63,179 bases of DNA, filler included, from a bacterium (GCA_043817485.1; 10 parts of 10 records of this genome joined end to end with filler, not necessarily neighbours in it); one strand, 5' to 3'. Shown: positions 41,664-51,982, counted from the whole stretch's first letter. Notes: generated by a model not told the origin, from the letters alone. Program-made: numbers and translations.

Positions 41664-43397
41664 ATGGAACAGGAAAAAAAACAAATTTATTTTCATAGTA
41701 GTGCTCATATTTTGGCTCAAGCAGTAAAAGAAATTTTTTATGATGTAAAATTAGGAATTGGTCCTGCTATTAATGAAGGATTTTATTATGATTTTGATAA
41801 AGAAATTTCTTTTACTTCAGAAGATTTATTGCAAATAGAAAATAAAATGAATGAAATAATAAAAGCAAATTTGAAAATTGAAAAAAGTACTCTTTCTAAA
41901 AATGAAGCTTTAGAATTTTTTAAAGATGAGCATTATAAAATAGAATTAATTAAAGAAATAGAAGATGAAGTAGTCAGTATTTATAAACAAGGAAATTTTG
42001 TAGATTTATGTAAAGGCCCACATCTTCAAAATACGGGTGAAGTTAAGGTAATAAAATTATTAAGTGTTGCTGGTGCTTATTGGAAAGGTAATGAAAAAAA
42101 TAAAATGCTTCAAAGGATTTATGGATCTGCTTTTGAAACAGAACAAGAAAAAGAACTTTATTTAAAAAAATTAGAAGAAATAAAAAATCGCGATCATCGA
42201 AAATTAGGAGATAATTTAGATCTTTTTAGTATTCATCCTCAAAAAGCTGGATCTGGTTTAATTTTTTGGCATCCTAATTTATCTATTGTAAGACAAGAAA
42301 TTGAAAATTTTTGGAAAAAAGAACATTATAAAAAAGGGTATCAATTAGTTTATACACCACATATAGCTAAAATAGATATTTGGGAAAAATCCGGGCATTT
42401 GGATTTTTATAAAGAAAATATGTTTTCTCCAATAGATATAGATAAACAAAAATATATTTTAAAACCAATGAATTGTCCTTTTCATGTTTTAATTTATCAA
42501 ACTAAAACAAGAAGTTTTAGAGATTTACCAATAAAATATGCAGAATTAGGAACAGTTTATCGTTATGAAAAATCTGGAGTACTTCATGGAATGCTTCGAG
42601 TAAGGGGCTTTACTCAGGATGATGCTCATATTTTTTGCACTAAAGAACAATTAAAATCTGAAATTGAAAAAGTAATTGAATTGGCTGAATATATTTTGAA
42701 AACATTTGGATATAAAGAATACAATGTTTATTTAAGTACACGACCAGAAAAATATATTGGAACATTAGAAATTTGGGATTTAGCAACATCTTCTATAGAA
42801 CAAGCTTTAAAAGAACAAAAAATAAAATACGAAATAGATGCAGGCGAGGGTGTATTTTATGGCCCTAAAATAGATATAAAGGTAATGGATGCAGTAGGTC
42901 GAGAATGGCAAGGGCCAACTATTCAAGTAGATTTTAATTTTCCACAAAAATTTAATGTAGAGTACATAAATTCTCAAAATCAATCAGAACAAGTTGTAAT
43001 GATACATAGAACAGTAATGGGAGCTATGGAAAGATTTATTGGTGGGCTTATTGAACATTATAAAGGAGCTTTTCCTGTTTGGCTTGCACCAGTACAAGTA
43101 GTTATTTTACCTATTACAGATAATCAAATAGAGTATGCTAAAAAAATAGAAAGTATTTTAAAAGAAAATGATTTTCGTGTAATTATTGATTTAGAAAAAG
43201 AAAAATTGGGATTTAAAATTAGAAAAGCTCAATTACAAAAAATTCCTTATATGTTAGTTATTGGAAATAATGAACTTAATTCAAACAATGTATCTGTTCG
43301 TTTAAGAACAGAAGAAAATTTGGGGGCTATGACATTAGAAGAATTTATAAAAATTGGAGAAAAAGTAATCAAAAATAAATCATTAGAGTTAATGTAA
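41664..43397 (+). CDS. thrS: Threonine--tRNA ligase (lacks the N-terminal TGS domain)
   Basis: HSSAH, DLCKGPH, RDHRKLG, KPMNCP, RVRGFTQDDAH. Confidence 0.97.
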   Translation: MEQEKKQIYFHSSAHILAQAVKEIFYDVKLGIGPAINEGFYYDFDKEISFTSEDLLQIENKMNEIIKANLKIEKSTLSKNEALEFFKDEHYKIELIKEIEDEVVSIYKQGNFVDLCKGPHLQNTGEVKVIKLLSVAGAYWKGNEKNKMLQRIYGSAFETEQEKELYLKKLEEIKNRDHRKLGDNLDLFSIHPQKAGSGLIFWHPNLSIVRQEIENFWKKEHYKKGYQLVYTPHIAKIDIWEKSGHLDFYKENMFSPIDIDKQKYILKPMNCPFHVLIYQTKTRSFRDLPIKYAELGTVYRYEKSGVLHGMLRVRGFTQDDAHIFCTKEQLKSEIEKVIELAEYILKTFGYKEYNVYLSTRPEKYIGTLEIWDLATSSIEQALKEQKIKYEIDAGEGVFYGPKIDIKVMDAVGREWQGPTIQVDFNFPQKFNVEYINSQNQSEQVVMIHRTVMGAMERFIGGLIEHYKGAFPVWLAPVQVVILPITDNQIEYAKKIESILKENDFRVIIDLEKEKLGFKIRKAQLQKIPYMLVIGNNELNSNNVSVRLRTEENLGAMTLEEFIKIGEKVIKNKSLELM

Positions 43398-43399
43398 AA

Positions 43400-44989
43400 A
43401 TGCCAAAAATGAATCTCCTCATCCATAAATGGCGAGGTATCTTCTCTGCAAGGAAAATATATTATTATTGTGACAATTTATCCCAGTCTCAAGAGACGGT
43501 GATGAATTGTCACTCCCAGATAAAAAATTATTTTCTTATTTTTCTCTTTTTTTTTAGCATCTATTTTTTAGTTTCAAGTGGTCGTATAGAAAATGTTGAT
43601 GGTATGAATATGTTTCAAGTGACTCAATCACTTGTAGAAAAACAAAGTTTTAAATTAGATTTATTTAGTGGTGGAACTGTTTATGGACCAGATGGAAATA
43701 TTTATTACCCTTGTGGTTTAGGTCATCCCATGGCAACAATTCCTTTTTTTTTAGCAGGAAAATTTTTTTTACAATTATTTAATATTCATCAAAATGAATT
43801 AATATATCTTAGATTTTTTGTTTCTCTTTTTAATCCTTTTATAACTGCATTAACTTGTCTTATTCTTTTTATTTTTTTTCAAAAATTAGGTTGTTCATAT
43901 AAAAAAGCTTTTTTTTTAACTTCTTTATATGGGTTTGCAACAATATCTTTTCCTTATGCTAAATATTGTTTTAATCAGCCATTAGCTTCTTTTTGTCTTT
44001 TAACTTCTATTTTTTTTCTTTATATATCTCGTCAAAAAATTTCATTAAAACGAATTTTAATTGCTGGTTTCTTTTTTGGATATGTTTTTTTTACTCGCAA
44101 TGAACTTATTGTTTTATTACCAATAATACTAATTTGTTTTTATTTATTAATTGAAAAAAAAAGTTTCAAAAATTTTAGTATATTTTTTTTACCTATTTTA
44201 TTTTTTGGAATAACAACGCTTTTTTATAATAAAATAAGGTTTGGAAATTTTTTTGAAACGGGTTATAATTTATTATTTGAAAAAAATTCTATTTTTGCTT
44301 TTAATCCAATTTTAATTTTAAAAAATATTTTCTTATTTTTTTTTGATATTAATAGTGGCATTATATTTTTAATGCCCATATCTTTTATATTTTTCTTTAG
44401 TTTTTTTAAATTTTGGCAAAATTATAAATTAGAATCTCTTGTTTTTTTTCTTCTTATTTTTTCTATAATAATTTTATATAGTTGTTATGTTTATTGTCCA
44501 TTAGGTGGTTGGTGTTGGGGTCCAAGATTTTTAGTTTTGATAATTCCCTTTTTATCTTTACCTACGATTGCTTTAATTCCTTTATTGAAAAATAAAAAAA
44601 TTTTATATTTTGTGATTTTTATAACTTTATTAAGTATTGCAATTCAGATTTTAGTTGTTTCAACAAGTTATCTTCTTATTTTTGAAAATCCCGTAAAAAC
44701 AATATTTTTAAAAATGCAGTTTCAAAATTTTGTTCATTGTTTTAAAAATACTTTTATTTTTTTGCAACAAAAAGCAATTGTTAATAAAGAATTTTTTTTA
44801 AATAATTGTCTTGACTTTTGGTTTATTTATTTATTTTATATAAAACCAGTAAAATATTTATTACTTATCCCTTTATTTATTGTAATATTTATTATATCTC
44901 TTGGATGTTATTTAATACTAAATTGCATTCAAAATGATAACAAGGTGGCAAAAGAAAGTGTATTAGATAATACAGTGGAGAAGCCGTAA
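43400..44989 (+). CDS. GT-C (PMT/ArnT-like) membrane glycosyltransferase; N-terminal 37 aa and C-terminal tail come from mobile elements
   Basis: Many TM segments, DG..M, YAK, YNKIRFG, WCWGPRFL; adjacent GT2 gene. Confidence 0.8.
   Translation: MPKMNLLIHKWRGIFSARKIYYYCDNLSQSQETVMNCHSQIKNYFLIFLFFFSIYFLVSSGRIENVDGMNMFQVTQSLVEKQSFKLDLFSGGTVYGPDGNIYYPCGLGHPMATIPFFLAGKFFLQLFNIHQNELIYLRFFVSLFNPFITALTCLILFIFFQKLGCSYKKAFFLTSLYGFATISFPYAKYCFNQPLASFCLLTSIFFLYISRQKISLKRILIAGFFFGYVFFTRNELIVLLPIILICFYLLIEKKSFKNFSIFFLPILFFGITTLFYNKIRFGNFFETGYNLLFEKNSIFAFNPILILKNIFLFFFDINSGIIFLMPISFIFFFSFFKFWQNYKLESLVFFLLIFSIIILYSCYVYCPLGGWCWGPRFLVLIIPFLSLPTIALIPLLKNKKILYFVIFITLLSIAIQILVVSTSYLLIFENPVKTIFLKMQFQNFVHCFKNTFIFLQQKAIVNKEFFLNNCLDFWFIYLFYIKPVKYLLLIPLFIVIFIISLGCYLILNCIQNDNKVAKESVLDNTVEKP
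43409..43519 (-). mobile_element. 111-bp IS200/IS605-end-like mini element (PATE-like), in frame within the 43400 gene
   Basis: 92/111 nt identical without gaps to 59900-60010; two hairpins; flanked by ATAAA (TTTAT on the element strand). Confidence 0.85.
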
Positions 44990-45029
44990 CAAAGCCAACA
45001 CAGTTAGCGTTTAAATGCAACTTGGCATA
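44913..45029 (+). mobile_element. ERIC/Correia-like MITE (family B) overlapping the 3' end of the GT-C gene
   Basis: TAATACTAAATTGCATTCAAAATGATAACAAGGTGGC...AAAGCCAACACAGTTAGCGTTTAAATGCAACTTGGCATA. Confidence 0.8.
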
Positions 45030-45039
45030 AGAGGAAATT

Positions 45040-45741
45040 ATGAAATTATCCATTATTATTCCCGTTTATAATGAAGAAAGTACTATTAAAGAAGTTTTAG
45101 AAAAAATAGAAACACTTTCTTTGCCAATAGAAAAAGAAATTATTGTTGTCAATGATGGGTCAACAGATAAAACATTTTCAATTCTTGAACAAATGAAAAA
45201 AACAAACAAAGAAATAAGTGTTGTTTATAATAGTTTAATAAATATTGGAAAAGGCGCTGCTGTTAGAATTGGTTTTCAGCATGTAAAAGGTGATATAATT
45301 TTAATTCAAGATGCAGATTTAGAATTAGATCCAAATGAAATTAAACATCTCATAGAGCCTATTTTACAAAATAAAACAAAAGTAGTTTATGGTTCTCGTT
45401 ATTTAACTAAAAATAAAAAAATAACTTTTTTAAATTATGTTGCTAATAAATTTCTTAGTTTGCTTACTAATTTTCTTTATAAATCAAAAATAAGTGATAT
45501 GGAAACTGCTTATAAAGTTTTTAAAAAAGAAGTATTAAGTGATATTAAATTAAAATCTCTTAAATTTGATTTTGAACCAGAAATAACCGCTAAAATATTA
45601 AAAAAAGGTTATAAAATTATGGAAATACCTATTGGTTATAATCCACGAAGTTCTTATGAAGGAAAAAAAATTGGATGGAAAGATGGAGTTATGGCTATTT
45701 ATACTTTATTAAAAATTAAATTTCAAAAAGAAAAGTTTTAA
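45040..45741 (+). CDS. GT2 polyprenyl-phosphate glycosyltransferase (DPM1-like)
   Basis: IIPVYNEE, DGSTD, GKGAA, QDADLE, GSR, DMET, FEPE. Confidence 0.92.
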   Translation: MKLSIIIPVYNEESTIKEVLEKIETLSLPIEKEIIVVNDGSTDKTFSILEQMKKTNKEISVVYNSLINIGKGAAVRIGFQHVKGDIILIQDADLELDPNEIKHLIEPILQNKTKVVYGSRYLTKNKKITFLNYVANKFLSLLTNFLYKSKISDMETAYKVFKKEVLSDIKLKSLKFDFEPEITAKILKKGYKIMEIPIGYNPRSSYEGKKIGWKDGVMAIYTLLKIKFQKEKF

Positions 45742-45849
45742 ATTATCAACATATATCAAAAAAAATCTGTTTATTACTCTATTCTAAAAATAATTTTGAG
45801 TTTAATTATTTTTTTATGTAGAATAACAATAAAAATAAAAAGTAAAATT

Positions 45850-46329
45850 ATGATACAAAAACAATCAATAAAAACAGGATTTAGTTTTGGGTTAACTTCG
45901 GGAATAATTACAACACTTGGATTAATGGTTGGATTACATTCTGGAACTCACTCAAAGATTGTAGTTATCAGTGGGATATTAACCATAGCAATAGCAGATG
46001 CATTTTCAGATGCTTTAGGTATCCATATATCTGAAGAATCAGAACATAAACACACTACAAAAGAAATATGGGAAGCAACAATTTCTACTTTTTTATCCAA
46101 ATTTATTTTTTCATTAACATTTATTATTCCTCTTTTGCTATTTCAACTTTTAACAGCAATTGTTGTAAGTATAATTTATGGTTTATCTTTACTATGTTTT
46201 TTTAGTTTCTATCTTGCCAAAAAGCAAAAAGTAAATCCATTGACAGTCATAGGAGAACATTTAATTATTGCATTAGGAGTAATAATTATAACACATTATA
46301 TTGGTGATTGGACTAGTCAATTAAAATAG
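45850..46329 (+). CDS. VIT1/CCC1-like membrane protein
   Basis: FGLTSGIITTLG, ADAFSDALGIHISEES. Confidence 0.75.
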   Translation: MIQKQSIKTGFSFGLTSGIITTLGLMVGLHSGTHSKIVVISGILTIAIADAFSDALGIHISEESEHKHTTKEIWEATISTFLSKFIFSLTFIIPLLLFQLLTAIVVSIIYGLSLLCFFSFYLAKKQKVNPLTVIGEHLIIALGVIIITHYIGDWTSQLK

Positions 46330-46510
46330 TTAAAAAAATAAAAACAAGTAGTTATTTTGTGAAAAAAAATGTGAATGTTTTTATATATCAAGAACAATAT
46401 AAAATAATTTAACCTATGTTAGATAACAATACGTTATATGATATTCTTTTTTTCTTTTATGTATTTAGATGCAGGTTTTTTTATTCTGACTTCTGTATTC
46501 TATTTAGTTT

Positions 46511-46562
46511 AAGGAACCGTAACAAAGCCAACACAGTTAGCATTAAATGCGATTTGTTATTA
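46511..46562 (+). mobile_element. Right half of a family-B MITE
   Basis: CCGTAACAAAGCCAACACAGTTAGCATTAAATGCGATTTGTTA. Confidence 0.7.
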
Positions 46563-46581
46563 TAAATAAACCAAATGGAAA

Positions 46582-46923
46582 TTAATAAATTTTTTTCAAA
46601 TATACTTGAATTCTTTTATCATTTTCATTTGTTTTTTTGCCTTTAAAATATATTTCCAAAAAATCAATTTTACAATTTTGCTTATGAAAAGCATAAATAA
46701 TTCTTAAAGAAGTGTCTTTTAAATAACGACAAAATAAACGAGCCTTAACAATAGAACATTGCTCATTTTTTATTATAATATTAAAATGTCTACCAATTCC
46801 TAAAGGCCTCTCATTTAAAACTTTTTGAAATTCTATCAAATCTTGATCCAACGATTTAATTTTTTTGAATAATTTTTTAAAATCTTTTTGAAATTCTATT
46901 GTGCTTTTAAAGTTCATCTTCAT
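46582..46923 (-). CDS. RelE/ParE-like toxin
   Basis: EFQKDFKKL, VKARL, LRIIYA, EIYFK; overlaps the antitoxin 3' end. Confidence 0.75.
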   Translation of the reverse strand: MKMNFKSTIEFQKDFKKLFKKIKSLDQDLIEFQKVLNERPLGIGRHFNIIIKNEQCSIVKARLFCRYLKDTSLRIIYAFHKQNCKIDFLEIYFKGKKTNENDKRIQVYLKKIY

Positions 46924-47719
46924 AATTTCTAACCGAATGATTATCATCACGATAAAAAACGGTTTCGTAACTTATTTCTTCTCCTATTTTATGAACTATC
47001 CAAGGAGTATCTGAATGAGAATAATTGCTTAATTCAGTAGCATTTTTCCATGCAAGGCGTGCCAAAACTTCATCTATGTGCTGAATTTCTTGAGCAGATA
47101 AAACTTTTAAATCAGATGATCTTCTCGATAAATATTTTTTTTGATCATGTTGAAAATGCTTGCTTTTAATTTTCTCTATCTCACCGATTTCTATCATTTG
47201 GTCAGTTATTTTTTTAAACTCAATTGGTGTTGGCCCAAAATGATTTTTAATATATTTGGCACCAATTATTTGTTCCTCAAATTTTTCATAATAATCAAAA
47301 TCTATAAAATAAAGCAATTTATAAATTGCCGTTTCTCCAATATTTGAACGAGCTCCCACTTTTTCTAAAAGATATAACAAAACTTCTTTAAACTTTTTTA
47401 CATTTGTTTTCGGCATAATAATTCTTATTTTTGATTTGCCTGTTTTTTTAGTATTTTTTTTAAATATTGTTTGTTTTTTCAAGTCTACTTTAATCGATGA
47501 TTTTTTTTTACCTTCAATAAAATCTTCAAATGAAATACCAAAAATATTTGCGAGATTTTTTGCTTCAACAATAGTTAAATCTCTATTCCCTTGTTCTATC
47601 TGAACATAAGTTGGACGAGAAATATTAAGTTTTAACGCTAAAAATTCCTGTGTCAAATTATTTTCTTTTCTTAATTGTTTAATAATTTCAGCGATGTGTT
47701 TTGAAAAATAGTTACTCAT
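46907..47719 (-). CDS. XRE-HTH + DUF4065 (SocA/Panacea) antitoxin
   Basis: LTQE.LA..L.ISR..Y..IEQG HTH; KLLYFIDF, GP.P, SH..PW. Confidence 0.88.
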   Translation of the reverse strand: MSNYFSKHIAEIIKQLRKENNLTQEFLALKLNISRPTYVQIEQGNRDLTIVEAKNLANIFGISFEDFIEGKKKSSIKVDLKKQTIFKKNTKKTGKSKIRIIMPKTNVKKFKEVLLYLLEKVGARSNIGETAIYKLLYFIDFDYYEKFEEQIIGAKYIKNHFGPTPIEFKKITDQMIEIGEIEKIKSKHFQHDQKKYLSRRSSDLKVLSAQEIQHIDEVLARLAWKNATELSNYSHSDTPWIVHKIGEEISYETVFYRDDNHSVRNYEDEL

Positions 47720-48106
47720 AAAATTACCTCCTACATAAAATCACTGTATATCATATTATAATTAACTAATGTAAAATAATTTGTCAAGAATAATGTAAAA
47801 TAATTTAACATAACTATATTTCATTTAAAACATTCGTAATTTTTTGCAAGCGGCGAGACTTCAAATTAGGTGGCGAGTGGGTGGAATTAGTTCTCATATC
47901 TATTTTTTGAATTTTTATATAATTTAATTATATCAGATTTTTCCTCATCAAAATTACTTTCATCAAGTTGATTCACTAATTTGTCTATTTCTCTCATTTC
48001 TTCAACTAATTCTTCTTTCATAAACTTTAATCCCTGTATACCATGTACCTTCCCTATTACAATTTATTTCAAAAAGAAAAAAATTACTACAATCTTTTAC
48101 TTTTTT

Positions 48107-48138
48107 CTGCCCCCGCTGGCGGGGGTAGAGGGTGGATT
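48107..48138. repeat. GC-rich REP-like hairpin (family C)
   Basis: CTGCCCCCGCTGGCGGGGGTAGAGGGTGG; reverse-complement relative nested at 58292-58338. Confidence 0.7.
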
Positions 48139-48966
48139 CTACTTCAGCATCAGCATTTTTTTACAGTTTTGAGTTTTGTTGTCCACAATTGTTTCATAAA
48201 AATACATTCCCGATGAAACTTCTTTTCCTAAATTATCTCTTCCATCCCAATATACGGAATTACTTGCATTATTTGTAATTACTTCTCTGACTACTTGTCC
48301 CAGTATATTATATATTTTGATTTTAATATTTTGGGTTTTGTTGTTTGTTATTTCTAATGGAATATAACATTCGGGATTAAATGGATTTGGGTAACTTTTA
48401 ATTTTAGATAAATTCATTGAATTTGTAGGTGAAAATATATTTATTGCTGTTGTATTATTTGGATATAATAAAGGGAATAAATCTGTAATTCCATTTCTTG
48501 TATATGTTCCATCTCGTACTCCATCCATATTAGTATCAGGGATAGTACATTCTTGCCAATAGTTTCCTTTTCCATTATTAACATCATACCAAATATTATT
48601 GGTTCCTGTATCTCTAACATTTGCATTATTTAAGAAATTGTTTTCGTATATTTTAAAATTTGTACCAAAAGGAATAGTAAGGCTTGCCTCATTTTTAAAG
48701 GTATTTTTTACTATTAAAGCGTTTTTGTGCTCAAAAGCCCCATTATCTTCACTAAAAACATCTCTATCAAAAATATTCTCTGCTACAATAACACCATTTA
48801 CCGCATTACTATTAAATTCAACCCCTTTACTATAATGACCAGTAATGTAATTTCCTTTTATAAGAAGATTTGTTTTTATTCCCAAATAAGTAATCGCTTC
48901 TGAAGTAATTGGTGCAGCACATATATAAACATCTACACCATCATCTGATATTCCTCCGCCTAACAA
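48139..48966 (-). CDS. NosD/beta-helix protein with C-terminal FlgD-Ig/T9SS-like domain, probably the 3' part of a disrupted gene
   Basis: N-rich beta-helix repeats, GKGNYW, D..PL, YPNPFNP, IYNILGQ.V, WDGRD..G..VSSG.Y. Confidence 0.7.
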   Translation of the reverse strand: MLGGGISDDGVDVYICAAPITSEAITYLGIKTNLLIKGNYITGHYSKGVEFNSNAVNGVIVAENIFDRDVFSEDNGAFEHKNALIVKNTFKNEASLTIPFGTNFKIYENNFLNNANVRDTGTNNIWYDVNNGKGNYWQECTIPDTNMDGVRDGTYTRNGITDLFPLLYPNNTTAINIFSPTNSMNLSKIKSYPNPFNPECYIPLEITNNKTQNIKIKIYNILGQVVREVITNNASNSVYWDGRDNLGKEVSSGMYFYETIVDNKTQNCKKMLMLK

Positions 48967-49259
48967 TTCGTATTGTCAAAAGTATTTTGACAATACGCTT
49001 TAAAATGCTTATTATTAGCAATTATTAAGATTTTATTTGCTTCTCCCCCCTTTTTTATACTATAAATAAAAAAAAATAAAAAAAAAAGGAGATGCAAATC
49101 AATGAATAAAATAAATCGTTTTGTTATTTGGATATGTTCCAAATTTACTCGTAATGATANNNNNNNNNNNNNNNNNNNNNNNNNNNNNNNNNNNNNNNNN
49201 NNNTTAATTAATTAANNNNNNNNNNNNNNNNNNNNNNNNNNNNNNNNNNNNNNNNNNNN

Positions 49260-50816
49260 TTTATTTTTTGAATATCCAATAACTTTTTTATCTGTGGGGA
49301 CATTAATTATTTGAACATTTTCCTCAGAACCGGCTTTCTTCATTTTTATTATGTGAATTCCTAAATTTAATCTTACTTTTATTGGAGCTGTTCCAACAAA
49401 AATTTCATCAACAATAACAGCTGTATTTGGATCAGTAGATTTAATATCTACTTCCTGCCAAAACAATCCTTTTATTTCATAACCATTTACCGTATCCATG
49501 GGTTTTATTATCCAGTGCCTCTTATCTATTCCATTTTGTTCATTTTTGGAAAAATCCAAATTGCATTTTCCATATGTTTCTTCTTCTTTTATGTTACCTA
49601 AATCAGGAAAACCGTTTAATTCTAATTTAATCGTGTGTTTTTCAATAGTTACATAAGTGATAAGCGGAGTTTTTTCAGGAGATTTTTGTCCATCAATATA
49701 AATAGTTGCTCCAGATTGGTTGGAAGTGATTTTTAAAGGAATTTTAATAATTTTTTTTGTTTCCGGAGCAGAAAAATATTTAAAAATATTTTTCAATTTT
49801 CCTCGATAAAAAAAAAATTGAAAAAAAATCAAAGGTAGAACAATAATTATTAAAAAATGTTTTTTAAATTTCAATATTTTATTTAATGTTGAATAAATAT
49901 TCGTTTTTTTTATTTCAGGAATATTGTCCAAATTATTATTGATTGTGTTTTTATTTGAAATTACTTCATTCCCGGCATTTTCAGTAAAATTATTTTCCTG
50001 GTTAATATTTTTTTTAATAATATCATTTTTAGCAGTATTATTTGAAGAGGTATTTTTGGAAATAGTAATTTCCTGAGTAGAATCATCTGGAGTAATTTTT
50101 TCTTTAATAATAGTTTCGGTTAAATCGTTATTTTTTCCAATTTTTATTTTTGAATTTTTTTTAAGGGTTATGTTTTTTTTACTGCTCTTTTTTTTATTAC
50201 CCTTTTCTGGTGTAACAGTTTTTGTGGAATCTTTCGGTAGAATATTTTTTTCAGGAGTTTCGTCTTCTTGATTTTTTTTGAGATTGTTTTCAAAATTATC
50301 AATGATAAAATCATTTTCCGGAAGATTTTTTTTTGAAATATTTTCTTCAGAAAGTACTTTTTGTTCGTTTTGAATTTCTAATGAATCTGTTTCTTTTTCT
50401 AATATGAGTTTTTGAAATTTTTCTTTGTGATTTTTAAATTTTTCACGTTCTTCAATTATATTACATATTGTTTTCTTTAATTCGTTAGGTTCGACAGGTT
50501 TTATCAAATAGTCATGGATTCCAGCCCGCAATCCTTTAATAGCAATTTCTACAGAGCTGAGACCTGTAATCAAAATAGGAGTGGATTCGGGAGATAATTC
50601 TAAAATTTTATGAATAACTTCTAAACCATTCATATCAGGAAGATTATAATCACAGAGCAAAATATCAAAGAATTGTTTTTTTGACAATTCAATTGCTTTA
50701 AAACCATCTTCGGCAATAGATAGACTATAATCATCTAGAGCCAGAATTTCATGCAGAATTTCACTTTGTATTGGTTCGTCTTCTATAATTAAAATATGTA
50801 TTAACTTATTATTCAT
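49260..50816 (-). CDS. Response-regulator receiver + linker + TM + PEGA domains, 3'-truncated
   Basis: IIEDE, D..LPDMNG, ITG, YLIKP; TM IIIVLPLIFF; S..GATIYIDG..TP PEGA-like motifs; ATG 50816 preferred. Confidence 0.75.
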
Positions 50817-51090
50817 AGTAATCAATAAATTATTTAAAATTTTTATAATGTTTTTATTAAAAAAAGATTTGACAACATTTATTCTATTATCATAAGTATA
50901 AAAAATGAAAAATAAAATGCAAATAAAAAAATACATTTTATTCTTTTATAATTTTACCTAAGGTAAGATAAAATTTGTTTTTAATTATTTCTTTATTAAT
51001 TAAAATTAAAATTTTATTTGACATTTTAATAAAATATTTTAAAATGAAACTGATTTTTACAAATTATTATTTGAAAAAAAATAAATCTTA

Positions 51091-51982
51091 ATGATTCAAA
51101 AAATTGTTTTAAAAACATATAATTTTATTAATTTAGCCATAAAAAAATTATTAAACTTTTCTTTATTTCTTACCATATTTTTTTTATTAATTTACTTAAA
51201 CACATTAATAACAAAATCTTTTTCAGAATCATTTGAAACCGCTCAATCAGGATTGTGGAGTAGCTCTACAACCTGGAATGTTGATGGCAGTACCGTTAAT
51301 TTAAGGATTCCAAATTCTGGAGATGATGTCTCGATAGTTGAAGGTTTTGATATCATAATTGATACTACAGCTACCTGTAAATCACTTGACATGAAGACCG
51401 GCTCATACATGATCATAAATACCGGAATGATGATTACAAGTTATAATAAATCCACTATAAGAAGTGTTACTTTTAGTAGTAATACCGGTATAAATTGTTA
51501 TGGTGATTTAACAGTAGATGAATTTGCTAATATTACTTTTGGAAATGATTCTACAATAAATTCTTATGGAACATTTTTATTAAATGAAGGTTCTACTATA
51601 GATATCAATCCAACATCAGGAAAAGCTACTTTAAATATGTATAAAGGTGCTGTAATAAATGGTGAAATAAATATTCAACCCCTGGGTACAGGAACAACAG
51701 CTTATCTTACGTATTATTATTCAAAAAGTAAATTAAACATCAATGGTAGTTTGTATGTAGCTCCTGTGAGCAGCAATAATGTAATAATTCAGGCTCCAAC
51801 AATAAGTGTTACTGGTAGTTTCATGATTGATGCTATACAATTTAATACTAAAGTTACATTAAATTCTAATGTTGAGAATACAGGTATAATAAGTTTTATT
51901 GGAATAAATCCGAATCCGACAAACATAAATAAACCGGATGAAACAAGCTATGTACGGAATATAATAACAGGAAGAATTACTT
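51091..51982 (+). CDS. Secreted G8-like/beta-helix surface protein, 3'-truncated
   Basis: Signal-like segment, SG.WS...TW, P..GDDV.I, beta-rich repeats. Confidence 0.6.

Noticed and set aside
41664-43397. Short ThrRS without a TGS domain
   Set aside because: Known variant in many bacteria; editing and catalytic motifs are intact
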